Of a stretch of DNA of 64,000 nt, positions 37,489 through 49,854 are shown in pieces (position 1 is the first letter of the stretch; each line of letters opens with the position of its first letter). The translations under genes and the position numbers were made by a program. Below the pieces are notes generated by a model. The model saw nothing but the letters and a program-made list of their open reading frames with translations, had not been told where the DNA came from and did not search any database. The DNA is from Malacoraja senta (taxonomy: Eukaryota): positions 30,442,001 to 30,506,000 of the forward strand of contig CM075977.1 of NCBI GenBank assembly GCA_038087875.1, in the 5' to 3' direction.

Positions 37489-38303
37489 ATTTTGATTTGA
37501 TTTTGATTCAATTTATTGTCATTGCACTTTTCAGTGCAACAAAATGGTTTAGCCTGCAGTCATAACATAGAATAAGTAACAAAAACACACACTCAACACA
37601 GTTTAACATCCACCACAATGAGTCCACCAGGCACCTCCTCACTGTGATGGAAGGCAAAAAGTCCCAAAGTCCATGTCTCTTCCCTCCTTGCTCTCCCTCT
37701 GCGCTGAGGCGATCCAGGCCTCCGATGTCGTGACCCCGCCGGGTGATGGTAAGTAAGTCCCGCGGCTGAATCCGAATGGGCCGGTTCAAACACCGCGGCC
37801 CAGGGCGGTCGAAGCTGCCGAAGCTGCCGCCCTCCAGTCCAGCGGACGCTGCTGTTGTTGCGGGAGCTACGGAAAAACAGGTCACCAACCTGTGACCTGC
37901 GAGCTACCGACGATGTCGTCCACTGGCCCTCGCCGAGCCTCCGAGGCTCCGAAGTCGGGTCGGGAGTCGGGTCGCAACGCCACCACAGCCCCGAAGTCGG
38001 CCAGCCCCTCGCTGGCAAGTCCCGGCTGGCTCTGCCTCCCGAGCCCCGAGGTCGGTCCCAGATGGAGGGCGCCAGCTCTGTGATAGGCCTCAGCGCAGAC
38101 GGAGACAGAGACGGGGGATACGGCAAGAAAGGTCGCATCCCCCCCGAAGGAAGAGCCAAAAAACATGCTTCTCCCACCCCCCCACACAAACACAACTAAA
38201 ATAAACCAAAACAAACCGCAACAACGGGACAAAAGAAAACAAAAAAGAAAAGACAAATGGACTGCAGGCGAGCCGCAGCTGCAAGGCAGCACTGCCACTT
38301 CCG
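37489..38303 (-). mobile_element. Non-autonomous GC-rich retroelement with Rex1-type tail (copy 1)
   Basis: Starts CGGAAGTGGC, ends ATGACAATAAA plus (AATCA)n-like tail; TSD GCATG (37484-37488 / 38304-38308). Confidence 0.8.
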
Positions 38304-38493
38304 GCATGCGTCTAGCGCGACCAAACGTGGTCACCTGAGGCATACGGCCTCGCGGGGCCGGTCCCACTTTGATCGGCGGAGCCGTATGGAGTTGTGCGGG
38401 GCTGGTCCCAACATCGCGAGGGGCTCCAGAAATCTTGCACTGTCCGAAAATCCCGCGTGACAATGGCCTGTCGGCCCGCAGCCGCATTTTGGG

Positions 38494-38600
38494 CGTACGC
38501 AGCATCTTGACGTCATACGCAGCATCTTGACATCGTACGCAGCATCTTGACATCGTACGCAGCGTCTTGATGTCGGACGCAGCGTCTTGATGGGGTACGC
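38494..38600 (+). repeat. 20 bp tandem repeat x5 inside the MITE
   Basis: Unit approximately CGTACGCAGCATCTTGACAT. Confidence 0.85.
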
Positions 38601-40129
38601 CCAGCGCGTGGCATTGCGCGATGACGTCACTGCCCGGCGTGCCATTGCGTGATGATGTCATCGCCCGACGCCGTGCGACGTCCAAATTCAGCCGGCCCGC
38701 CTCCTTCCCAGTTGATTGGTGAGTATGATGTCGGGACCAGCCCCGCACAACTCCCTACGGCTCCCTACGCGTTTCGAATTGGAACCGGCTCCGCGAGGCC
38801 GTACGCCTCAAATGACCACGTTTGGTCGCGCTAGACGCATGCAATCGCATGCTGGTGGGACAGGCCCTTAACAGTGGAAAGAAATCCCGTGCCTTTGAAT
38901 GACTTGGCCAAGGATGGAGCCTTGTGGCACCCCACAGAAAAGGCTAGCTGGGGAAGAGAAAGAATTGCCTATGTTGGTAGAGAAACTCTTATTTTTGAGG
39001 TAGGAAACGAACCAGCTCAGGGCAGTACCATCAACACCAACCCCGTACCGGAGACGGTCAATTAGGATGGTGTACCTGTAGTTACTATGTAAGGTGGGGT
39101 CTAGGTTAGTTTTTTTCAGGAGGGGCAGGACCACTGCGTTCTTGAAACAGGTTGGAACAGTGCCAGTGGCCAGAGAACTGTTGATGATAGAGAGGATGCT
39201 GGGACCGGCTATTGCAATGACATCCTTCAGAAGGGCAGTGGGGACAACGTCAAGGGGGCAGGTTGCAGGTTTCATAGTGGAGACAAGCTTTACAAGGGAG
39301 GATAGAGTAACGGGTTGGAAACAGTCTAATTGAGAAGAACAGACCAATGAGACAGCTAGGTCATGGGTGAGAGGGGAAATATTCGTTCTAATGTTCTCAA
39401 CTTTGCTGGTGAAAAATGTAGAGAATTCTTCGCATTAGCAGCTAAGCTGGTACTGGGGGCGAGACATATGACAGAGGTAATAGTACTAAATAGGAACTTA
39501 GAATTATGACCGTTTTTGGAAATAAGGTCGGAAAAGTATTGTGTTCTCGCAGACTTTACTGCTTCCTGGTATTTGAGAAGATTGTTTCTCAGAAATTCGA
39601 AGGAAATTTGAAGCTTATCACATTTATACTTCCTTTCTGATTTTCTGCACTCTCTTCTTAGGGCTCTGGTGGTGTCATTGAACCAAGGCCAACTTTTAGG
39701 CTTAGGCTTTTTCATTTTAAGAGGATGGATCTATGGACCTGGAAGGTCTCGCAGGTGATGCATTTTATCAGCCTTTCAAGGGCTTCTCGGTGAATCCAGA
39801 AAGACCTACTCCAGAAAGTAATCACAGAGTAGCTACTACAATGTAAGTAGCAGTATCCAGAGTGTTGATAATGCTCTCCTTGTCTGGCTTGAGGCATGGG
39901 CTGTTGAGCTCTTAACTGACCTCTTCATTACATGTCAGAATGCTGGGCCTGGGTGAAATATGCTGGAACTTTTCAATAATAACAGCTGTTCCTGTAACAT
40001 GAGAAACACCATTGTTGTTTAAAAAGTATTTTGTAGATACATTATAACATTTTCAGAGTCAGGAAGGCGTAACTCAATTTTAACAATGATAAAATCATGC
40101 ATGAATTTTTAGGCTTAAATGAGTATTTG

Positions 40130-40812
40130 CTACTTGGTTTATTGTTGTCCTGAATACTGATACACCATGAAAAACGTTGTTTTGTGTGCTATCCAGGCAA
40201 ATCATATGTAGAAGCCTTAGGTAAAAGCGTCTCAACCCGAAACGTCGCCCATTCCCTCTATCCAGAGATACTGCCTGTCCCGCTGAGTTAATCCAGCATT
40301 TTGTGTCTATCAAATCATATCATACACTAGCACAATCAAACCATACACAAATGTAACAAGTAGTGTAAAAAGAGAGATGAAACAGAGTTCAGTAATTACT
40401 GCTATAGAAAAAGTGCAGATATAAAGTGTGTAAAGTTGCTACGAGGTCGATGGGAGATCGGGAATACAACCTTAGATTAAGAGAAATCCGTTCAAGAATT
40501 GATAATAGTGGAGAAGAAGCTATTCTTGAATATGGTGGCACATGCTTTCAATTTTTTCTCTCATCTGCACAACGAGGAGGAGAGAAGAGAAGAGAGAATG
40601 ACAAGGATGTGGGTGGTGGTTGGTTACATTGGCTGCTTTCTTGAGGAGGCGTGAAGTGTAGATGGAGATGATGGGGTGGAGAGGGGAGGCTTGTTTGCGT
40701 GATGGACTGGATTGTGTCCACAACTCTGCAATTTTTTGAAGTCTTGGGCCGAGTGGTTGCTGTGATACATCCCAATAGGATGCTTTCTATGATGCATGTG
40801 TGCATCAGTACA
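40130..40812 (-). mobile_element. Degraded Rex1/Babar-type LINE 3' end with a PLE-tail piece (about 40225-40310)
   Basis: TCIIESILLGCITA and HSAQDFKKLQ motifs in shifted frames. Confidence 0.6.
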
Positions 40813-41005
40813 TGCTTGTCCCACTTGCCAATTTTTTCGGCAACTGCCGGCATCATTGGTCACCGAAAAATTTGCGGCATGATACGGCGTGATGACGTAG
40901 GACGCGCGGTGCTTTTTCAAGTGTCGCAACATTTTTTTTGTCGCCGCTGGATTTTGAAATGTTCAATATCTTTTGGCGACACTGATATGACGCCGGCAGT
41001 CGCCC
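40813..41005. mobile_element. Partial Harbinger-type MITE
   Basis: TGTCCCACTTG...GGCAACTGCCGGCATCA with inverted TGACGCCGGCAGTCGCC; right end lost. Confidence 0.55.
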
Positions 41006-42229
41006 CGCACCCCCCCCCCCCCCCAATTCTAGTTCTCAATCTGTTACATCTGCAACATCTTCAGTAGCCCGAAATGTTAGTTCTGTTCTTTTCTCTCCAC
41101 TATGGAGAAAACCAGTTAAGCCCTTAGAGTGTTCTGTGTACTTTCTGCCTTGGGGTGTGCAGCAGGGTCACTCTCTGCATACAAATTCTTGTCGACATCA
41201 TTCAGTCTTTAACCAACAGCATTGAATAGATTAACTGAACGAATGATAATAGATTCTTGGCTTATGTTTATAACAGAATTTGAAGCACCTTTCTCAAGCT
41301 GGAATACAGCAACATAACATGAATGATAAATAAACTTATTGTAGTGTTCTTTACTTTCCTGTTCGACTGAAATTCCAAGAAAAGTGTACATTGAAAAATG
41401 CAATCATTCTGCAACTAGCAAAACACCAAAATCCCCTTGTGCAGCACTACTACCAGGACATTTCTTGTACTACTCAACATTTCAATTGATTAATTACATG
41501 TCAAACTTGTTGTTCATAAGAAAATAATGCACCTTTGCAAATATCTTTCCAGAGTCACATGCCTAGAAAGCAAAGTCAAATTACATCTTTACAATAACAT
41601 GATTTAGTGTCACTTCATATTCTTTCTTTCATATAATAAGCATCTGCTTTGATAAAAGTGAGAGTTCTTACAAGCTCTTTTAAATACTGTTGCTTTCTTG
41701 GACTCAGCTGAAAGAAACTAGGGTGGGAAAGCATTTAGGCTTTGTTAGCATATTGAAACTCCTTAATAATTGGATCAGATTGTTCCATTTAGGTCTTCAT
41801 CTTATTGTTCTATATAACTGATACAAACACGGTTTGGGTAGAAATGATGAACAACATGGGCAGAAAAGGACGCACAAGTATGATTGGTCTATAGGCCCCC
41901 AAGGTAATGCCTTATGACAGGACAAAGGATAATTTGTGAAATATCAATGGAACATAATCAGCGTGTTGCAATTATCATGAGTTATTTAGGTTGCATATTA
42001 ATTGGTCTGATCAAAATTGGTAATGGTACTATGAAAGAGAAACCAGCGTGAGTATATCCGAGATTGTTTCATAGACCACTATGATATAGAACAGATGACT
42101 TTAGATTTAGTCATGTGCAGATTATTAGGAGATCTTGTAGCTATGGATCATCCAGGCACAAGCGATCATTATCTGGTAGAACTGTAAATGTAGTTGGGAG
42201 GAGAAGAAACACTTTAGGTCCAAAACCGT

Positions 42230-42890
42230 GAAGGTTGGAGAGAAGCAGCAGCCAGAAGCAGCGAGAGCAAGTATTGGCTGAAAGAAGGCGAGTCAGAGGG
42301 AACGGAGATTTAAAAAGAGCGCCAAAGGCACAGGTTCAAGTAATTTGCAAATTAGCACTAAAGTAGTTGATAAGGTAGCAGATTTAAAAAAGTTCAGCTG
42401 TAGTGGAGTGGCCTTGTTGAGGTGAAATGCTTAGGTGAGTAAAGTGCAAGTCTTTGGCTAAAGTGTTTTCTGCGAGGAGACTACCCTCAAAGATAGAGAA
42501 GGTGAGAGGCACAACCAATTGGGATTTGTCCACTGAAATAATGGCAGACAAGTTGTTGCAGGATGTGGGAAGTCAGGGACACTGCTGGTGTCTCTGACAA
42601 CTACACCTGTGGAAATTGTGTCCAGGTGCAGCTGCTGAAGGATCGTGTTAGGGAACTGGAGCAGCAGATGGATGATTTCAAGACCATCTGGGAAAACGAG
42701 AGCTTCCAGGACAGGGCTTACAATGAGGTTGTTACACCAAGGATACAAGAAGAGCAAAGGTGGGTGATGATGAGGAAGGGAAGTAAGCGTGGAGTACAGG
42801 AGACCCTGGTGGCTGTACCTATTGAAAACAAGTACACCCTCTTGGAAGCTGTTGGGATGGACGACACTTCCAGTAAGAACGGCGGATAGG
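42230..42890 (+). mobile_element. 5' part (UTR plus ORF1 N-terminus) of a second CR1 family, within older CR1 debris (about 41960-43300)
   Basis: MWEVRDT...YTCGNCVQVQLLKDRVRELEQQ...VPIENKYTLL parallels ORF1 at 20995-21290. Confidence 0.75.
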
Positions 42891-45174
42891 TCTTTTAATC
42901 ATGGGAAACAAGGAAATGGAGATAATTTAAACTATTCATTCTGCATGATGGAGCAAACTGCAAATATCCAACGGATAACAGATTGGCTCGTTTTATTCAG
43001 GGGTGGAAACTTTATAACAATTCCTATGATGACCACAGTGGAAAATCTAATAAGGCTAAAGACAGACAGGTTGCCAGGATCCAATCACCTATGCCCAATG
43101 GTTAAAATGGCAATGGATGTAGCGATAGTAGAACAATTGGTTAAAGTTGTTGAAACTTATTACATTCCAGATCGTAAAATTTGCAAATCTGATGCTCTTG
43201 TTCAAGAAGAAAGACAAAGAAAACCATCTGAATTTAGCTTAACATCTGTTGTTGGGAAGCACTGTAGTCTATAACCAAGGAAGATATCGCAGGTCATTTA
43301 GCAAGCTTGTTCAGTTTTGTTTTTAGTGTTGGGTACAATCATGTGCTTTTAGTAAAACATCTTTTAAGAGAGTTGCATCAAGTTTCAGACTATAAATTGC
43401 AATTAATCAGAATCAGAGATAGTTACAGGTTTTACCATGGAAACTTAATTATTTCTTCTATGTAAAGCATTTTGGTTTCAACGCAAGTTGATTTAAACAT
43501 GCTATATAAATAAAATGTATTTACTTACTTACCTCTGCAACAAAATTTTCATCAACTTATACGCAATCGCAGGCGCTGTTAGTGCCTCGTTTCCAACAGT
43601 GCTGTTACACCTCCAGAATTTTTTCACCATCACATCACGCAGACAAATGGGATTGGTCATTACTCTGTCTGAGAAGTTTGAAATGTAAAGCAGTCATTGC
43701 AAAATAAATGAAAATGTAAATTCTACATGATTGGCACAGATTGGTGGCACTGAGTTTTATCCGTGAACATAAACACTTTCCCAGGTTCGGCTTTGCAGAT
43801 GTTTCTTTTCAGCTTCTTTTTGGTTAAAACTAAAGCATACAATCTTAACAATTTGCTATAATGATTTCCTTTGTTGCACAACTATGTTATTTTAATTAAA
43901 ATGATGCTTAGAGGTACATTTGAATGGTTAAGAATGTCCAGCGCAGGGCTGATTGGTTTTGCATTAAAAACTGGTGGGATGTAACTGTTCACATGTGTGA
44001 AGGAATAATGAAGTGCAGAATATGAGGTTTCTTATGACTTGTGAATTCTCGGGGTGAAGAAAGCAAATTGAGCAGTCAGTTTTTATCATCATCCTTTAAT
44101 GGAATTATATCCACAGCAGAATTTTTACATTGTGTTCAGTGGTGTAAAGCATTTTTGTTTAAGCACAACTTCAAACAGAGATGTGCTGAACCTTTTTATT
44201 GTTGTGTTTAATATCAAGGCAACATGTTGAAATTAACTGAATAGTTTATTACCTGAAATACATTTTATGGAAACAATTGTAAGACAAGGCAGATGGTGAT
44301 AATCCTGACTTTTAAAACATGTGGTTAAAATGAGTCCCAGGATATTCCATTTTAATAAAAATCCTTGTTTTGATGGTGTAACACAAAGAGAAAGGGCATG
44401 CTAGAAGCAGTACAACAGATAAATCAAAAAGGAATCAAGCTACTGAAATGGATGATAGTGCTGAAGTGTTCAGTGAGGAGAATGCAAATCAGGCTGCAGA
44501 GAAAAATATTGGAGGCTATTGAGATGAGTGCCTGGCAAGCGAGATAAATTCAGCAACAGAAGAGAAAAAGAAAGGACAACAGGGGCAAGGGGATTCCCAT
44601 TGTACAGTAAATCTCACCTAACATAGATTTAGCAATTCCATGCTTAAAATATACAATTCAGTGAGTTTAATCTTTGAATACCCTAAGATTCACCTGCAAA
44701 TGCTGAAGAAAACAACAGAACTACCTGTCGCCACAAAATCACTTAATATTTTGCAGCACTTTTAAAATGGTGGAGATAAATGATCAAACACCACTTATCA
44801 AATGGCGAGATAAAAATATTATTTCAAAGGAAGGAGAAAGGAAAAAGGAATTTATTATATGTTCCTCTTCCATCATTTTCATTAAGAGGGTCGTCAACTT
44901 AATGTCCACAGTATTTGATATAAACGAGTGCTAAATGAAAATAGATTCCCAAATTGAAAAATGCTGCAGATGTGGGAAAATTGAAATAAAAACAAAAAGT
45001 ATGGAAAATACTCAACAGGTCCAACAGAATCAATGTCAGCGAGAGAGTTAACTTTTCCAGTCAATGTTTGCTTAACCCAAGCCTGCTGAAGTTGTTGCCG
45101 ACAGGTTGTTGAAGTCATGCTGACTGTTCGTTTGGGTGATTTGCCTCCAGCCATACGAGTTCATATTGTTGTTA

Positions 45175-45300
45175 AAGAAGGAACTGCAGATGCTGGAAAA
45201 TCGAAGGTACACAAAAATGCTGGAGAAACTCAGCGGGTGCAGCAGCATCTATGGAGCGAAGGAAATAGGTAACGTTTCGGGCCGAAACCCTTCTTCAGAC
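45175..45300 (-). mobile_element. PLE-tail element with hammerhead-like motif
   Basis: Reverse complement GTCTGAAGAAGGGTTTCGGCCCGAAACGTTACC; nearly identical to 12377-12471. Confidence 0.8.
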
Positions 45301-45439
45301 TTCACATTGTTGTTAGCCTGAACAGCAGACACCAGAAGCCGGTAAAGCTGGTGTCTCACAGTGGAGGTGCACTGGAGCTGCAACTGGGAATGGTTATGAC
45401 ATTTATTCCCAGCCAACAGCTATGTTAAGAATACTTCAG

Positions 45440-46020
45440 CAAGGAATGGTGCAGTGACCAAGATTCTTAAGACTGCATTAGAAGAGGTGGAGATTGGAAG
45501 ATACATTCTCCATCGGGAGACTGGGAGATCCTCTGGACAAGCAGTGGAAATGCCACAGGGGAAAATAACTGCACAGATCGATGTAAGGAGCGAGACCCCA
45601 AATAACTCAAGAACTGCCGAGGGATTGTTAATGTCTTCACATGAGTGGTTAAGGTTCATTGAAAGCATCATTAAATATTATATTATGCCGGTATATTACT
45701 AAGGCAGCCTTGTCACTCTTCTGCCATGAGTCCACTGCAGTGTTTGTAGGTTTATTTCACCTCGTACAGTTCCTATACCTCAACAACTAGACCCACATCT
45801 CATAGCTTGCACGTAATCCCATCTATTCTATCATTATACCCATGACATCCAAATACACTGCAAGACACTCACTGTCACACTTCCATCTCTCCACATGACA
45901 ATCTGGGATAAAACTGGAGACAACAGCTGTTAACCAGCAGGGGGCAAGTATGATATGTTCTTACCCCATTGCTTCAGCATTTGAGGCAACCATTGGGATT
46001 GAAGAAGATGATCATAGGTA
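45440..46020 (+). pseudogene. Fossil Myb/SANT-like DNA-binding gene of a Harbinger transposon (at least two exon-like pieces)
   Basis: ALEEVEIGRYILH..GRSSGQ..KITAQIDVRSETP, then in a shifted frame NCRGIVNVFT*VVK|gt, then NWRQQLLTSRGQV*YVLTP. Confidence 0.55.
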
Positions 46021-47827
46021 TTTCTACCACTTCCTAGTTCGTCACAACCCACACACTCGCTCCTGATCTAGAAGTTGTTGATAATGTAAGTTTGGATGAC
46101 TTACACTTGCCACAGACCTGACAGTGTTTCTTTTTTTCAGGTAGCTAAGGACAACCTGGCCAGGTGGAGGGCTAGAAGAGAGTGAAGGGGAAGACGCACG
46201 GTCACTGCACTTCGCAGTTGTAAACAATCAGCTCAGACACTGATGCCACACATAACCTGCAGGATAACATGGAGACGATATCTGCCTGTATTGGCTCACT
46301 GACAGCAAGTAGCCTACTGCCAAGGTAGAGGGAATGGGTGTCAGCTCTTTGGAGGGTGAAGTTTTACACAAGTTTCCAAGGCAGAGGATTCCACTGAGAG
46401 TTTTCATGGCGCAGCTAACAGAAGGCTGATGAGAGTGCATAATAACACATCAGCAGCCTGTCAGGTTTAATGCACTATCAAGAAATATGGACAAATGCAG
46501 CAGGGAGTTGGCACTGGGCTTCGTGAGGCGACTGCAGCCCATTCTTTCCACCAGGGAAGAGGTGGCCAAATGTATTCACACAATTGTAGATCCAACATCA
46601 CAGCTTTTATACCGACGCTCAGGCTAAAGAACACTATGTCAGGGCAGTGCTGAGGTCTGCTCGTCTACAGTTCAGATTATTGCTGTTGTGGACAATTTGC
46701 AAAGAACCTGTAGGGAACCACATGGGTTCAGCAATCAGGTTTGCAACATATGACTGAGCGCTGAGCTCTCCCAGAGTTTACAGCATCTCTATCAAGTGTC
46801 AGGGGCTTCATGAAACTAATTCCTTACATTAAAGACCTAACACACACAATGTTGTCCTTCAAAACGGACCTCATTATGCCACCTCATCAATCCCTTGCAA
46901 TTCACAGCACATTCTTGTACCTATAGATGTATTCTTAGAAAAGAAACACTCAAAGATTGTAAAATGGATATTGAAATATAATAAACATGTATTTTCTCAG
47001 GTACTCCAGTTTCCTCAAGCATGCCAACAAGGTGTAGGAGTTGGTAGGTTGATTGAGCACTGCAAATTGCCTCTAGTAATGGTGGATGGCTAGAGATTGG
47101 ACTGGGAAGGTGGTGGTGATGGGAACACAGGGGTTAGTTGAGATGGGGAATTGATGGTTGTCATGGATGTATTGGGCCAAAGGGCTTGTTGCCATGCTGA
47201 ATGACCACTATTCAAGATAACACGGCACAAACTAGCTGCCCGCCATCAGGAAAGGAGCATGTTTCTTCCACCACTCTCCTTTCTCAGTACTTGCTACAGA
47301 TGGAAACCTAATTCAGTTAGAGACGGAGCCATCAGCTTTACGGAGAGCAGTCGAAGGGGAGAACTACAAATAGGAAAAGGAAGGAGGAGAAAGAGGCTAC
47401 AGGGATGAATGGAGCACCTAGCTAGCCCCTTACTGAACAAAGTTTTTACCCAGGGCAAGGGAATTGAAAAAAAACAGAGAACATAGGTTTAAGGTGTGAG
47501 GGGAAAGAATTAATATTAACCCGAGGGGTGACTTTTTCACTCAGGTGGTGGATATACGGAACAAACTCTCAGGGCAGGTAGTTGAGGCAGATAATATAAT
47601 ACTCAGACACATACATGGACACTAAAGTTTTAGAGGGATACAGGGCAAATGCAGGCAAATGGGGCATCTTGGCCAGCATTGTCGAGTTGGGCTGAAGGAC
47701 CTGTTTCCATGTATGACTCCATGAATCTAAACCTGTTTGCAACCAAACCATCCAAAATTGCAAACACAGTAAACAAAGAAATGGCAGATATGGGGAAAGA
47801 CATTGCCAATATCCCCAAGATATCATG

Positions 47828-48026
47828 GTAGGAAGGAACTGCAGATGCTGGTTTACACCCAAGATAGACACAAAATGCTGGAGTAACTCAGCGGGACAGG
47901 CAGCATCTCTGGAGAGAAGGAACGGGTGATATTTTGGGTCAAGACTGTGAAGAAGGGTCTTGACCCAAAACGTCACCCAGAAATACTGCCTGTCCCGCTG
48001 AGTTACCCCAGCATTTTGTGTCTATC
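47828..48026. mobile_element. Fold-back PLE-tail element
   Basis: Inverted arms about 47863-47945 and 47956-48026 around TGAAGAAGGGTCTTGACCCAAAACGTC. Confidence 0.8.
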
Positions 48027-48031
48027 CACAG

Positions 48032-49854
48032 TGTAGATTGGTTATTGCACGTGAACCAATCAGAGTAATGTACTACCACTAACTCCTATTGAACACTTCA
48101 TATTAACACTCACTTCCTATATTACGTAGTCGCTCTAGTGGTAGAGTGGAACTAACAAGTATTGTACTGTGACACTATGACTGATGATTAAAGCTGACAT
48201 ACACCATACAGTGTCCATACACTTGTTTACATGGTGTCAGAAAGCTGGAAACTATCTACTGCGTCCGTTTTATTTGATTTTTATTTGATCTTTTGCTACG
48301 ATGACTCACTCGTGCCGAAAGCCAGCCCAGCTAATCTTTGATACAGACATAGGCGAGCGATGGAGGCTCTTCGAGATCGAGTACGAGCACTACATCAATA
48401 TCGCCCATCGCAACGACCCAGACGAGGTCAAGGCATCTCTCTTGCTCAACCTAGCTGAAGCAGAGGCCATGATTCACGCGCAGACCTTCGACTTTGCGCC
48501 ACCTGTACTAGACGTGAATGGCCAGGTGCTGGTCCCAGCTGAGACGGGGCGCAATCCAAATGTGCTGCAACGAAAATTCCGTGAGTTATGTGACATACCA
48601 TCTAATCGTATTCTAGAAAGAGCTAAGTTCTTTGCACGACACCAGCTTCCAGATGAGCCTGTGGAACGCTTCATTTGTGATTTAAAGTACATGGCCCCGC
48701 GATATCGCTTTGGTGAGATAACCAATGAGTTAATACGTGATAAGATCATTAGCGGCATGTCTGATCGTAAATTAAAGCCAGAGCTGCTATGAAATGCAGA
48801 CCTGACTCTTGAGCAGGCTGTACACGCCTGCCACATGTCGGAGGTCCTGGCCCCACTGAGTGATCAGCTTGACTCTCAGCCTGTTGCTCAGAAACTTAAT
48901 GTCAATCTGACCTGTTTCAGAAATTGCACTGCGTCGGCCGCAACTAAATGATCTGTGAATGAGCCACCACAGAGGTGCGCAAACTGCAACTATTTCCATA
49001 TTAAAGGTCGACAATTCTGCCCAGCAACAGCTGAAGCCACAGGTGCTCAAACCAGCTGCGGTCCAGAAGCGCATTCAGGAAAAATATGATGTCCAGAAGC
49101 ACTCATATGACAAGTCGAGCAGACCACTTAAACCACTGCTGCACGGTCAAGTGGTTCGCCTGCAGACGTCAGTTGGACATACCCGTCTGGGTTTCGTTGA
49201 GGGACCATCCAAGGAACCTCATTCCTACCTTGTCAACGTCGATGGTGCTCTGTACCGACGCAGCCGCCAACATCTTCTGCCCGTGACCGAGCCGCGACCA
49301 GCTCCTCCCGGTCCTCATGCCCCGCCGTTGGTTTTCAAGACGCCTGCTGCTGTTGTCCATCCATGACCCCTTGACCCCAGCATGCATTCCCCGCGACGTT
49401 CGGTTCCCCCATATCCCGGTGCCCCTGGACCTGCATGCTCGCCCTGCCGTTCATCTCCAGGCTCCCCGGCTGCGTTCTCATTCTTGGGTTCTCCACCACC
49501 CAGCCCTACTCACTCTTCCGGAACGGAGGGGGAGGGGTTTGTCCGCACGCGCTCGGGTCGGGTTAGTAAACCGCCGGACAGATGCGCCGAGTATGTTTAA
49601 CCGCACGTATTCTAACAACCGACTAACAACTCTTTCCCTCAACGGGGAAGGATGTAGATTGGTTATTGCATGTGGACCAATCAGAGTAATGTACTACCAC
49701 TAACTCCACCCTATTGAACACTTCATATTAACACTCACTTCCTATATTACGTAGTCGCACTAGTGGTAGAGTGGAACTAACGTATTGTAATGTGACACTA
49801 TGACTGATGATTAAAGCTGACATACACCATACAGTGTCCGTACACTTGTTTACA
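48032..49854 (+). mobile_element. Internally deleted Gypsy (Mag-like) LTR retrotransposon
   Basis: LTRs 48032-48231 and 49653-49854 (TG...CA); PBS TGGTGTCAGAA; PPT AACGGGGAAGGA; TSD CACAG (48027-48031 / 49855-49859). Confidence 0.95.
48301..49366 (+). pseudogene. gag (premature stop at 48790-48792) joined to the integrase C-terminal tail; PR, RT, RH and IN core absent
   Basis: ERAKFFARHQLPDEPVERF...LIRDKIISG; knuckle remnant CANCNYFH...CPA; YDKSSRPLKPL...PHSYLV...YRRSRQHL. Confidence 0.85.

Larger units (their letters stand above)
37458..38868. mobile_element. PIF/Harbinger-type MITE with ~140 bp TIRs, containing a nested retroelement
   Basis: AGGGCCTGTCCCAC...GTGGGACAGGCCCT; TSD TAA (37455-37457 / 38869-38871); removing it restores the L2 FHCYADD frame. 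Confidence 0.88.
36485..39730 (-). mobile_element. L2-clade LINE, 5'-truncated, interrupted by a MITE
   Basis: GVPQGSILG, FHC|YADDTQLY, SSRLDYCNSL, QNAAAR, LHWLPV, GDRAF; (TGAC)n tail; TSD CTATG (36480-36484 / 39731-39735). Confidence 0.92.

Noticed and set aside
37508-38834. Long Arg/Pro/Ala-rich ORFs (for example 288 aa at 37882..38748; also 3330-3996 and 57555-58122)
   Set aside because: They arise from GC-rich MITE or retroelement interiors, cross insertion junctions and show no domain.
43455-43540. Strong minus-strand splice donor GAG|GTAAGTAAGT
   Set aside because: It is the (TTAC)n tail of an L2-like 3' end (GTAAAGCA...AATAAA) on the plus strand.
44400-44620. Acidic, coding-looking plus frame (EMDDSAEVFSEENANQAAEK)
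   Set aside because: It has an internal stop, no clear splice boundaries and no recognised homology; purine richness explains it.
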